A stretch of 63,268 bases of DNA, filler included, from Syncephalis fuscata S228 (taxonomy: Eukaryota; Fungi; Zoopagomycota), in NCBI GenBank assembly GCA_025786725.1. It is 4 parts of 4 records of this genome, joined end to end, with 100 filler letters (N's around TTAATTAATTAA, not from the genome) between each part and the next. Parts side by side here need not be neighbours in the genome. Positions count along the whole stretch, not along the records: positions 1 to 20,367 come from JAHLTZ010000167.1; 3 more parts are not named here. One strand, given 5' to 3'. Positions 1 to 11,244 of this stretch are shown piece by piece. The notes under the pieces were generated by a model. It ran no database searches. It had not been told where the DNA came from and saw only the letters and a list, made by a program, of their open reading frames with translations. Every line of letters begins with the position of its first letter. The first letter of the stretch is position 1. Position numbers and translations under genes: made by a program.

Positions 1-99
1 GCTAATACCGTTAACGGGACGTGACTTAGTGTTATCAATCCAGTGCATCTGGACGATAGTGGCAATGGCAATCACTTTAATGGCATCTTTGCAAAGCAT
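1..99 (-). CDS. 5' end of a hypothetical, possibly secreted protein that runs off the window
   Basis: ATG at 99 opens MLCKDAIKVIAIATIVQMHWIDNTKSRPVNGIS with no stop to position 1; hydrophobic N-terminus. Confidence 0.4.
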   Translation of the reverse strand, partial: MLCKDAIKVIAIATIVQMHWIDNTKSRPVNGIS

Positions 100-223
100 A
101 ATGATAATTAAGCTTGTTTCTGTTGTCCTGCAACGCGATTTATAATTGATAATTAATTTTATAAAGAAACGTGGCCAGCAGTCGTTTCAAGAACGAAAAA
201 CAAAGTTGAAGTGCGTATTTAAG

Positions 224-241
224 GTGTGTGTGTGTGTGTGT
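224..241. repeat. (GT)n microsatellite
   Basis: gtgtgtgtgtgtgtgtg read directly. Confidence 0.9.
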
Positions 242-327
242 TGATACAAAATGAGATACTGCTACTTATATTTATATTTGAATTAAGCACCCATTGTTTT
301 TAAACAACATCCATATACTCCGTTAAG

Positions 328-476
328 TTTTTCATTGATCCTTCGCACTCATACTACATCGCCTTTTTCATTGATCCTTCGCATCCAAACCACATCGCCT
401 TTTTCATTGATCCTTCGCACTCAGACTACATCGCCTTTCTCATTAGTTCTTCGTATTCAGACTACGTCGCCTTTTT
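328..476. repeat. 36-bp tandem repeat, about 4 copies
   Basis: Unit TTTTTCATTGATCCTTCGCACTCAGACTACATCGCC with variants; gives the LRTQTTSPFSLI repeat in ORF 335..640. Confidence 0.9.
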
Positions 477-1733
477 ACTGTCAAGGTTCTCCATGTAATA
501 ATTGTAAACTGGTTTTTCAGGTTAGAATACGATATAATTATTGGAAAGATAACAGTTTGAGGGGAAACATACGCACATTTTCAAACATAGATATTTCTCT
601 ACAACCTGACAAGATTGACAAATCTATCCCTTTGTGCTAAATAATGTTGAAACAAGGATTATGTTTTACTTCAAATACACCAGTCCCCGGCCATAATGCA
701 TCGTGTAATACATTGTTTTATTTAACTAGAGCGTATACATTCTTTATTAGTTATAAATAAAACGTAACCATGTTTTAGTTTATTAGACTGGTTACGCTCT
801 GATGTAATCACATTGCTTTCTAGCAAATAAATATGACAACAAACAACATTTTAAATGCTTATAGATATTTTGAAAATATTTGTCATGTTTTAATATGATT
901 ATCTCCGAAGGCATAATCCAACGCGAATTGCACACTCTACTCAATAGTACTTTGGTTTTATTTTTATTTTCACTATAATCAATTACATATATCGCAAATA
1001 TCCATTTAATAAGTTTATACAGTTTAGGCCGTCTGGCTATTAAAAGACTGACACGGTATTAATAGTGATTTATTGTTTTTTTTGCACTTGCGTTCAAGCC
1101 TTTTGGATTCCATAACACTTTTGTGCTTTCTTCTCTCGCCTAAACTGCCCTTTAGTGCACGCCGTCCTTTTTGTGCTCATCGTAAGACGATATTAAAGCG
1201 ATCGACGAAGTTGATGATAGCTGATTGCCAGTATCAGTCCATGCTTTTGGAATTAGTTGTTTAGTCAAGCCATCAAGCAATTTGGCCATTAACACGCGTG
1301 TGTATATTGACCACTAATACAAAATAGTTGGGCAAATATTCGGTTAATGCTTTCTAATTGTTGAATCAAAATAAACCATCAGTATATTAATAATTACTTT
1401 ATTAATATAATCAAAACAAGGCATGTTTTTATTATTGTAAGTTTGCATAATTGAATAACATGGCTAGTGGCAGGTTTACTGGTAGCATGATGATACTATC
1501 AATTAAATATAAATAAATGGGACATTGGCTAAAATTTGATGTATAATCGGGCTAAACAATCGTCGAATAGCCGTGCTTTTTTGTCAAATGTGCACTTAGA
1601 ATATATTGGAATAGTAGCTTAATTACAACACTAATGCCAACGTCTTGAACTATCGGTTATTTTATGTTTTATAAATAAATATATAATACATCATGGAATT
1701 AGTGTAAAGTTGAAATCATGTAATTTTACTTAC

Positions 1734-2623
1734 AACCTATTGGCACAGATTATTGAATAACACGCGGTGAATCCCATACATTTAGTATATAGCTAGCTGA
1801 TATACAATGCTACTTACAGACTATCAATGCAATTTTTAAACATACACAATGCATTGCATATATTCATTATATAACTAGTTAATATACAATAACATTTACT
1901 TCCTGCTAATACAATTTATTAAATATGTTTAGTCCATATCTAGTTGGTGTACAATGGCACTTACTGGCTATAAATACAAGTTATTAAGCACACATAGCAC
2001 ATACCATATAATTAGCATATAATTAATTGATATACAATGATACTTAATGTCTATTAATAGATGTCATTATACACACAATACATATCATATGTTAACGCAT
2101 ATTCAAGCAATACAAAGTTTTACTATCTACCTATTAACGCAAAGTATTAAACACGCACGGTGCATAGTATATGTTTAGTATCTAGCAGTCCAATACCCAA
2201 TACTACTTACGAACTAATGATAAGAATTATTAAACACGCAATATATGGCATATGTTTGGTGCATAGCTGACTGATATACAATGCCACCTATCATCTATAA
2301 TGTAAATTATTAAATATACCGTGCATGATATATGTTTATTATATAGCTAGTTAATCTACAATACCACTTGCCCTCTATCAGCACAAGTTATTAAGAATGT
2401 ATAATTAATATTGTATAAGCAATGCATATCCAATCAATATATGGGATTGCTTACGATCTAATAATATCAATTTGGCAATGCAAATAGTATTTAATTGGCA
2501 AAATAATCAATTATTATAATTGCAACCTACTAAAACGGGTTAGAACCGGCTTAGCATCCACTATAATTATATTGGCTACAAAGCCACGACGAGAGTGCAG
2601 ACGACAGCAATAGAAAGCTTTAT
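1734..2623 (-). pseudogene. Micro-exon gene for a secreted protein, probably a decayed copy: signal-peptide exon plus ten 3-nt micro-exons; downstream exons likely below 1650
   Basis: Exon 1 (2623-2531) reads CCACC-ATA then KLSIAVVCTLVVA(F)VANIIIVDA/KPVLTRF with one missing base, and ends at donor GTAGGT. YAG-NNN-donor junctions follow at 2455-2457, 2372-2374, 2292-2294, 2211-2213, 2128-2130, 2048-2050, 1965-1967, 1900-1902, 1818-1820 and 1734-1736. Confidence 0.7.
1737..2530. repeat. Degenerate ~80-bp tandem repeat, about 10 units; each unit is one intron plus a 3-nt exon
   Basis: Recurrent plus-strand motif ATATACAATG(C/A)TACTTAC-NNN-CTAT...TATTAAACAC with period 65-84 bp. Confidence 0.85.
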
Positions 2624-3455
2624 GGTGGTATAGATTTGCCAAAACCAACAAGTAGAATAGACAATAGAGTGTAGTAGTATAGGTAGATAGCACTGATTAT
2701 TGAATAGAAAGTAGAGTGTAGCGATAATACCACCGGATATTTGCGTACATTTAGTGGATTATTTAAGTATATGGTTATGATGGGTGCAAGAATGTTGTAT
2801 CTTACAGATTATACCATTGATGTACAGTGTGAACCAATAGCTATTCATTCATATAATGACTTGAAACACATGTATACAGACGTATTGATTGTATGATGAT
2901 ATGCAGTCAGGTCATTGCTTCAGCCTATTCGGCATTTACATAAAATAATCATTGCAACTACTCATATTTCATATTCAATTATCATTCTGATTCATATTAT
3001 TGGTTTATATTGCGCACCAATGATATACTTTATATTGCAAATTATTTTGACATTCATATTTATATACTTAAATATTTTATATTTTATGCCAAGCTATTAG
3101 TAATACCCACTTTGTATTACCATTATCCGCACTTTCTTCATAGATTTTGTGGCTATTATAGCCATTATAGGTACTGTACTAAATTAGATCCGTTTTAATA
3201 TGCTATAAATATGATAGATATAAAAACTGGTATACTTAATAACATTGCGTTTAATTAACAATAATACTTATATAATATGCTATGATGGCTTTTTATGTAG
3301 ATATTTATCCTTAACCGTAAAAATACATCATTTTAAAGTTAAAAAATGTAAACCGACAGTAACGGCCGTTCAGAAATAAGCTTTTAGCATTAATTATGCA
3401 AAAAATAGTCTAAAATAGCAAAAAAAGAACCAGCACAATGAGTACTGCTAGGATT

Positions 3456-3538
3456 TGGTTGCTGCGAGGTTCGAACTCGCGCCTCATCACTGAGAACAGT
3501 TCTTAAGACTGTCGCCTTAACCACTCGGCCAAGCAACC
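3456..3538 (-). tRNA. trnL-TAA: tRNA-Leu (anticodon TAA), intronless, long variable arm
   Basis: GGTTGCT acceptor stem, TGGCCGAGTGG A-box, ACAGT-CTTAAGA-ACTGT anticodon arm, GTTCGAAC T-loop, oligo-T terminator about 30 nt downstream. Confidence 0.95.
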
Positions 3539-5067
3539 AAAACTTTTAGTTAAAGCGTTTTATAATATTTGTTCTAAAATTCAAAATATATTTGATAATT
3601 AAATAGAAAATGATAGAATATGCCTGAATAAAAGCTATAGATACATTAATTAATTTGGTTATAAAAAAGACATGTTATTTACAACGGAAATTGGAATAAA
3701 TACTAATTAATTTATTAATAATAATATGTGTAGTAATTAATTGAATTATTAAATAATAAAAAATATTTTATTAGCTACTACCATTAATTTTAACGTTATT
3801 GTTTATGCTGACAGGCTATATTAGCATAAGTTATAGTATATTAAACTGGGAATAATGAATTTATTTGGTATACATGTATTGTGTATACAGCCAGTTTTTG
3901 TTTATAAACCTATTTATCTATCCAACCACATTATTAATATTCACAGCACATCTATTGTTACTGAAATATTCAACTATAATCATTTATCTAAATAAGCGAT
4001 TACGGTTGAAGTAATAAGCAGGTTATTTATGTCGTTCAATTTAGTTAAATAAAACGATGGTTTATTTATTTGTGTTATTTGCAACGCACACAACACATAT
4101 CATACAATATAAACTTTATAAATTTGCTTTATTCAAAATTGTTATCAATTTGACTTTAGCTTTATCATTAATATACTCGTTATTATTTATTAATATTGCT
4201 TTGTACCAGACTATACCTTGATAATTATGTTATACTAAAAGCCGATGTTTGTCTATTGCTAACGTTATTTAATATAGATTTAGATTTAATTAATTTAAAT
4301 TGCTTTCATTCAAACTATAGCTTTAAAAACTTTATTTTATCATTGTTTATGTTTCATCATTATATATGATTCTAATACACACTATTATGTCGTCTACTAA
4401 TTATAAACTATTAATAAAAGTTATCTGCCTATTATTAATTGTATCTGTTGTAGATTGCAATTTATTTAATTTATATTCCTGTCATACATACTATAACAAC
4501 AACTCCAATACTAATATACATGCACTTATTCATAGCGTTTTACAATATTTTATGTTTATCAAATACGCTTTATTATTAAAAAGGAAAGAAAACTAGAATT
4601 ATAGTTTATAGTTTAAAAAGTGACTTATTTATCAGCTATTATACACCACAATATTGTTGTATTTATTTATTTAAATTTATACCTAGCATGGATATTAAAA
4701 TAATTATTGGATTAGATTATGATCATTGCTAGGGATATTATTCAATGTGAATTGCATACTTGGTCTGATGTCTTTTTAATTTTATTTTGTAATTTATAAT
4801 TAAAGATGTAGCTGTAAAACGTATTTTTTGCGTTTTGTTGTATTCTGCGTCTTTATTACTATAGAATGTGATAGCTCAAACATATATTATACTCTTTTGG
4901 GCAGTATATGTATTTATTCTATTCATTTTCATTTGACTATAAACTAATGTACTGGCACAACTAGTATAACTTACAATAATAAATACTATAGTTGGTACAA
5001 ATAATTACTTGCAAATAGCAGCAAATGCAGTTAACGTTATTGTTTATTTTTTAGTGTGTTCTTTTCT

Positions 5068-6494
5068 CTATATCCATGGTGCAGGTAATGTGTCTCCTTT
5101 TAAAATTTGCTGGGGCGTCCAACGGAGTTTTGGGTTGATTATAAATGCCTTTTCTAAGTTGGGATAAAAGCTAAGGGTGATTTGCTTGTATTCAGCTTGA
5201 GAATCAAGTCCATTAAACTTTGCAGGAACTTGATCATCCGTTCCACTGTTGTATAACTCTTTCAACTCAATATAATACTCTTGGTCGCTCTTATAAAACC
5301 ATTGATTATTAACATTTTTCAATCCAAATGGAGTGATGTTATAGTAGAAATCGAATAGAGTGCAGATGGCGCTCCAAGAATCGCCTTTACGTAAGTCGTA
5401 CTTTGTAGCAACGACACTCTCTGGGGCATAATAACCATGGGTACCACCTTTAGGATTATCGGGTTTTGGTCCGTATCTATCTAAAGGCTGCATAACTGAT
5501 GCAAGATCCATATCAATAATGGTAAGTTTGATTCGGTTAATATCGGTCAAATCAACCATAATATTATCCGGTTTGATATCATTGTGGGCTAATCTGGCCT
5601 CATGCATAAATGCAAGTCCTAATTTAAATGCTGTTAATACCAATAAGTATTGGTAATTACTATAATGCGTTACCTTGTAGTAGCTGATAAGAAAATGAGC
5701 TTATAAGAGCTACTCTCATACCCTTAGGTGCATTGGAATAGAATATCGTGCTCATAAACTCACGCAGATCCATTTGACCGCCCAAAGAAAGTACAATACA
5801 TAAAGCATTGTTATATTTAAAATCAGCCAGCTTACTGATGACATGATTACGACCGAGATGCGTTTTCAATTTTTCATTATAGGTAGCCAGTTGCTACAAA
5901 ATATGTTAGTATATAGTGCTATACAATGTTGAATGCTTACATTAAATGCAATAAGCTCAGACTCGGCTCTTTCAATCTCGGTAGAGCACTTGAGAAAGGC
6001 GCTTTGCTTATTCTCAAACTTTACAAAGGCTGTATGTAAATGACCTTCCTTGATTGGGCGCCATGTCGTGCCTGTAACTATCCCATTGAGAAAAGTGGGA
6101 GTAGGTGGCATCTGATTTGGCGCATTCGAAGTCTGCTGGCGGATCATATGAGCGAACGCAGTATCTTGGCCAGGTATTATAGGAGCGGCGCTCCAGACAA
6201 AATTGCCTCCATCTCTTGGTACTTTGGAGGGCGTCATAGGAAGTGGTTTATTGTTTCTTTGGCGTTCTAGCGCAGCTGCTTGCATTTCCATTAAAATCTT
6301 TTTATGGGCCGGTTGCATTCTACTAAGATCCATATAATCTATACCAGGCAAGTCAGACATTATTGATGAGTATTGATACATAATAGTAATTTAATGGCAG
6401 TATAATCACCTCTTGCAGGGACGGCTTCTACATGACTGATGGTGGTAGCAGCAAGCAGACAACACACTGCTGCAAATGGAACGTAAGAGCGCAT
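5068..6494 (-). CDS. Secreted Ser/Thr protein kinase-like protein with signal peptide, 4 exons
   Basis: Exon 1 (6494-6410) is MRSYVPFAAVCCLLAATTISHVEAVPAR; intron 6409-6339 joins it in frame to DYMDLSRM. Kinase motifs AFLK, HNDIKPDN, DMD (for DFG), GTHGYYAPE, GDSWS. Confidence 0.88.
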
Positions 6495-7815
6495 ATCTAA
6501 AAAATTTGTAAACGTAAAGGTAGTGTTTTTATCAAAAAAACGTAAGAAGAAAAGATAGAAGTCAAATGTATTGTATAGAGAATAACACTGATAAAAGCTA
6601 ATTATGTGTTGTATTTATAGCTTCATTGCCAATTCGCGTGTTAGTATTGTATACTTAAAATGGAAGTTAAAAAGAATTTCTAGAACAATTAGCATTTCAG
6701 CAAATACATTTTTTATTTTACTTTTATAGAAACGCCATGGTTTAATAAAACATAAGGAGTTTGCCAAAAAACGTGGTTTTAAAATCCCAAATTAAAATAA
6801 TTTATATGGCATCAGCTGAGTTTACGGAATTTAAATAAATAATAATATTTTATTTGATCGATTGTAGCTATTGTGAGTTTGTGTAGAAATTATAATAATC
6901 AAAATAATATTTACCGGCAAATAACAATATATTTTATTCTTTATATTGCCTCAATATTTTTAGCGATAGGAGTAGGATATGCACAATAAAAATAAAAAAT
7001 TTATACATGAAAATAGAACATCAGACCAAATATGAAAATAAACTGAAAATCGAAAAAGACATTATTTGTTATTTGAAGGCGTGAAACAATGCTTTATTCG
7101 TCTTGTGCAATATTGTTCATGCTTTTCATTATATTGACGCAAGCCTTTCAAATATTGAGTTTAATTGTCATATATTTACGTGGGCTGATCTAAAAGTAGT
7201 ATACGTAATTGATCAATCCATGTTAATTTATATATCAATAAATGTATACTACATGTCATTTAACATTATTATGCAATTTGGTTTTAATAATAGCTATTAG
7301 TTATTTAATACGATTTAAGAATTAATGATCACAATTGGTAACATTTATTTATTGAGCATGTGACTGGTTGATGAATGGCATTAAAAATCAAGCTAATCAT
7401 TAGCATAGATTTATTTTTAATAATTTACAATACTTACTGCATAGTTCTATGTTCAGTAGAATGAATGGTACTAAGTGTAGCCATTTGATCGCTACTACTA
7501 CTGATGTCATATTATTAGTTTGTGCGACTAAACTATTGCACAATCAATTTTCGCCTGTTATCTGAATCTTACTGCTCTTTACTCCGCTGCTGCTGCTTTC
7601 GCAATTATTATAGCATATAAAATAGCTAAGCATGTGATGCCTGTTTCATTTATGCATTTTCAGCTTCCGTGTTTGCTTTTATAGATTGAATTTAGAAAAA
7701 GACAGTATTGCAAAGTAGATTGTCGTCATTTTGCCAAAATAGAGTTTATTTTTTAATCGCATTTATACGGCTGAAACATCAGGTTGCGGACAATAAATGT
7801 ATGAAATGTATTTAT

Positions 7816-9958
7816 TTAGACAAGTTGATTCGAGTCCGCAATAATATCCTCTTCTTGGATATTTCGGGCAATATCCCAGTAGTGATCTGCTCGATGGTGT
7901 GTAAGGAATTCCTTTGCCGCTCCTTCTGTTGGACAACGGCGGAAGCGAAATGTTCTAAATGTCCTTCCTTTTGTCTCGCCTTCCCAAGCCAGTATGCATC
8001 TGTTTATCGATTGTTTACCGTCCGATACGTCGTCTGTATCCATCCCAATCTCGTTACCATTCTCTGCTTCAACTTCGTTCTCGCCTTCATTCTCCGGATC
8101 ACTCCATTTGATTCGCCGCAACATTAGCTTTTTATATGTTCGAATACTTTTGGGGCCGCCTTCAACAATAACCACGCTAAACCGACTGCTAATGATGGCC
8201 GCACCTGTAAGTCCCAATTGAATAGCATTCGTCTCGACCTTAAACTTTTTTTGTGGATGGGTAAGATTGTTAATCCTAGCCAAACAGTTTGTCAGTTCTA
8301 TTTATTTGTTTAGCATATTTATAATGACAACCTACCGAAATACCATGGCTTGAATGCCTTTGGCGGCATCTTCATCCAATTTACGCTGCCGTTTATCACG
8401 TCGTTCTTCGTCCGTCAGTTTACGCTCTTCGTTTGCCTTCATGTGGGCAACCTGTCGCTTTTTAACCTCATTGCGTACATATGCCTCCATTTTCGTTGGA
8501 TCTTGAATGGCCTCATTACCCAATACACGCATCAAATTGCTCATTTTAACTACACAATTGTGATAAATAATTAATAGTTGCCAACTAAAATATTAATTAT
8601 ATTACCTTTAGGTGGTTCAGGCGGTAAAAGACCCAGTCGAATCTTGTCTTGTTTGTCCTTAAGTACTTCCATTCGTTGTTGTCGACGTAACTTCTTTTGT
8701 TCCTGCATCTTCTTGTTAGTGCCCAGTAGTCGTTACTTATAGTGTGTTAGCACTCACTTTAGTAGTTAGCATTAAAGGCCGCGGAGCAACTGGCTTCAAG
8801 TCTTGTGGACCTGGAATAGGTACTGGATGCTGAACATATTGCGTAATAGCCGATCCTTCACCCGCCAGTAATAGCTGTCCTAGACCGACATCGTCGTAAG
8901 TGCGGTTGATTAACAGTGGCTCATCCCACCATTCAACATCTGGGGGCGGATCACCCTGTATATTAATGAGTAGTTTAGTTTATAAATTGTTACTATGAGA
9001 TGGCTATAACCTACGCGAATTTGCTTATCTGTAGCAATATCCAGTTCCATCTCCATGCCAGCCTTTTCTGCGCTTGCTGCAATTTCTTTGCGTAGTCGTT
9101 CGAGTTGTGCCTATACAGCATAGCTAGTTAGATATTACAATAAAATGTTGATGTCTTGTAATATATTACTAACCTGCGCACGCATCTTATCCGCTTGTCG
9201 AACAAATGTGCCCTGTCCAACAAAGTTAAACTGTCGTCGACCTCGATGTTTGGCACCAGCTGCTGCGAGATTTGGATCATAGTGCGGATTTTTATTTGGG
9301 TCAGAGAAATCGGCAGGTGCATCCAATAAGCGGATTTCTTTTTTAAGTTCTTTTCCTCGCTGGTTGGCCTACAATCATAATAGTCACTGTGTAAATTATT
9401 TACAGTTTAATAAATAGCTGTAAATACCTTGATGGTGGCAAAACCTGCTTTGGGCACATTGCCTTGCAATGGATGCAATCGCTTTGATGAACTGGAGGCA
9501 CTTGACGCACCCGTAAGATGTTCAATCGATGGATGTGCTGGTGCAGCAAGTCCGCCTCGTTTTTCTGCCAATCGTGCTGAATACTATTATTTATAACATA
9601 GTCAGTGTTTATGCCTATTTATCTATCTATTTATTAATACCATTGAAGCCTGAGGTGCATGGGTAGTTGATACTCGTGATCGCTGTTTAGCGTCGGTTGT
9701 TCTAGTCGTTGCTGTAGCATTTGTTGCTACTCCCGTCATAGGACTGGGTCGCTGACCAGCACTTGGTCCTACGGGTGTAGAGACAGACGCATTGGCTTGT
9801 TGCATACGCTGCATGCGCTGCAACCGCTCTGCCACTTCGCGGCGCTTACTCTCTATAAGCGCCTGAATCTGATCAAATACAAGTTTTAGAATCTACACAT
9901 ACATATGTCTCCTTCTAATTCAGCCTACCTGAGCCGGATCAGGTGGTGGGTTTGCCAT
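7816..9958 (-). CDS. PRP3: U4/U6 snRNP protein Prp3, multi-exon
   Basis: MSNLMRVLGNEAIQDPTK, FKVETNAIQLGLTG, VEGGPKSIRTYKKLMLRRIKW, CILAWEGE motifs; ATG at 9958 (MANPPPDPAQ). Confidence 0.93.
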
Positions 9959-10354
9959 GATTATTCTAGAGTAAATAAAGAAACTGGCAAGAATGTAGAA
10001 TAGCAATGGTGGATTTAATTAATTGGGCACATATTAAAATTGTTGCACTACAATGATCATACAACACAATAGTTTCAACAGATTAAACATGCTTAATATG
10101 CAATACATACTAAGTAGCAAATAACTCTCTAATACAAGGCTACTGGTGCCAATAAACTAAACAAATTTAAACCATGTCTTTATACTAGTAATATTAGATC
10201 AATTGGGCACATATTAAGATAATAGCTAATATTAATCTATAGATAATTAATACTACTTGGTGGCTTTTAATATTTATAAAGAAATTGTTTAAAAACAACA
10301 TAAGCCATATATCAATCAGCGTTATTTGGCGTTCTTTTTAAATAGCCATCGTTA

Positions 10355-10811
10355 CTAAATATCAAGTATTAACTGTGGAGCAATCTTTTCTAAATGTTCT
10401 ACATCCAATCGACGTGCCGATGGTTCTTGTTTTGCCTCTGCGGTCGCCCTCATAATGGCTTCTATTACAAGTGTAAGGACAGTTGTCGATTACAATAGCC
10501 ATAGCAAACAGTGCCATTACACAACTTACCCTCAGTAAATGTCATCATTAGTACCTTAGCTGCATAAACAGCATCCTTATGAACTTTCATTATATAGAAA
10601 TACGTATATAACATTAGCTATAACTAAAGTAGTCTACTGGTAGAATATATACTTTTTGTTTGTGGATGCTGCCACACTTGTTTGAACACGTCTTGAATGA
10701 CAGCCTATAATAGCCAATAGAATATGGAGATAGATGTACACGCATTTATAAAGCATTCTATTTACTCAAATAATGGCCTACCTCTTTGAATTCAACTGGT
10801 GTTGGATCCAT
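10355..10811 (-). CDS. MHF2: CENP-X / MHF2 histone-fold protein, 4 exons, absent from the ORF track
   Basis: Manual splicing gives MDPTPVEFKE / AVIQDVFKQVWQHPQT / HKDAVYAAKVLMMTFTE / EAIMRATAEAKQEPSARRLDVEHLEKIAPQLILDI*, a typical CENP-X C-terminus. Confidence 0.85.
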
Positions 10812-11244
10812 ACGCGATATGAAATTGTAGAGTAATAGGTTTAGAAACAATAAAAAACGTAAAACAAAATACGTCATGTCAACGCGTCCACTTTTCTTTC
10901 TTGCCATTCTTCATGTTCGCCATAGCTATTGCTGAATAGACATTGTTGTCAAATAGTTATAATAGTATACTTTATTATTAAAATCCTTGAGTACTGACTA
11001 TCATTGCTTTAAACATACAACAATTGACGCGTGTTTTATTTAATCTTTTTTCGATACATATTGGTTTATTGTGTTCATTTTTCGATTTTTACTTACTTTT
11101 TGTTTTTCATTGGGTGTGTGCGTGTAATAATCTTTTTCTGTTTACTACTCTGGCGGTTGATTCAACATTTTCCTACTCTTTTACAGAACGGTTTAGTACA
11201 CATACAAACACATACGCGTAAACAGATCCCGGTCAAGTAATACC

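Noticed and set aside
328-480. Minus frame of the 36-bp repeat reads GDVV(W/*)VRRINEK with TGA aligned to TGG, suggesting UGA=Trp or selenocysteine recoding
   Set aside because: An in-frame TAA lies two codons upstream of the first unit, and the + frame explains the same third-position variation without stops.
1734-2530. Plain minisatellite or recursive-splicing (zero-length exon) sites
   Set aside because: Recursive sites have AG directly abutting GT. Here there are always 3 variable nt between them and a signal-peptide exon upstream. Not fully excluded without transcripts.
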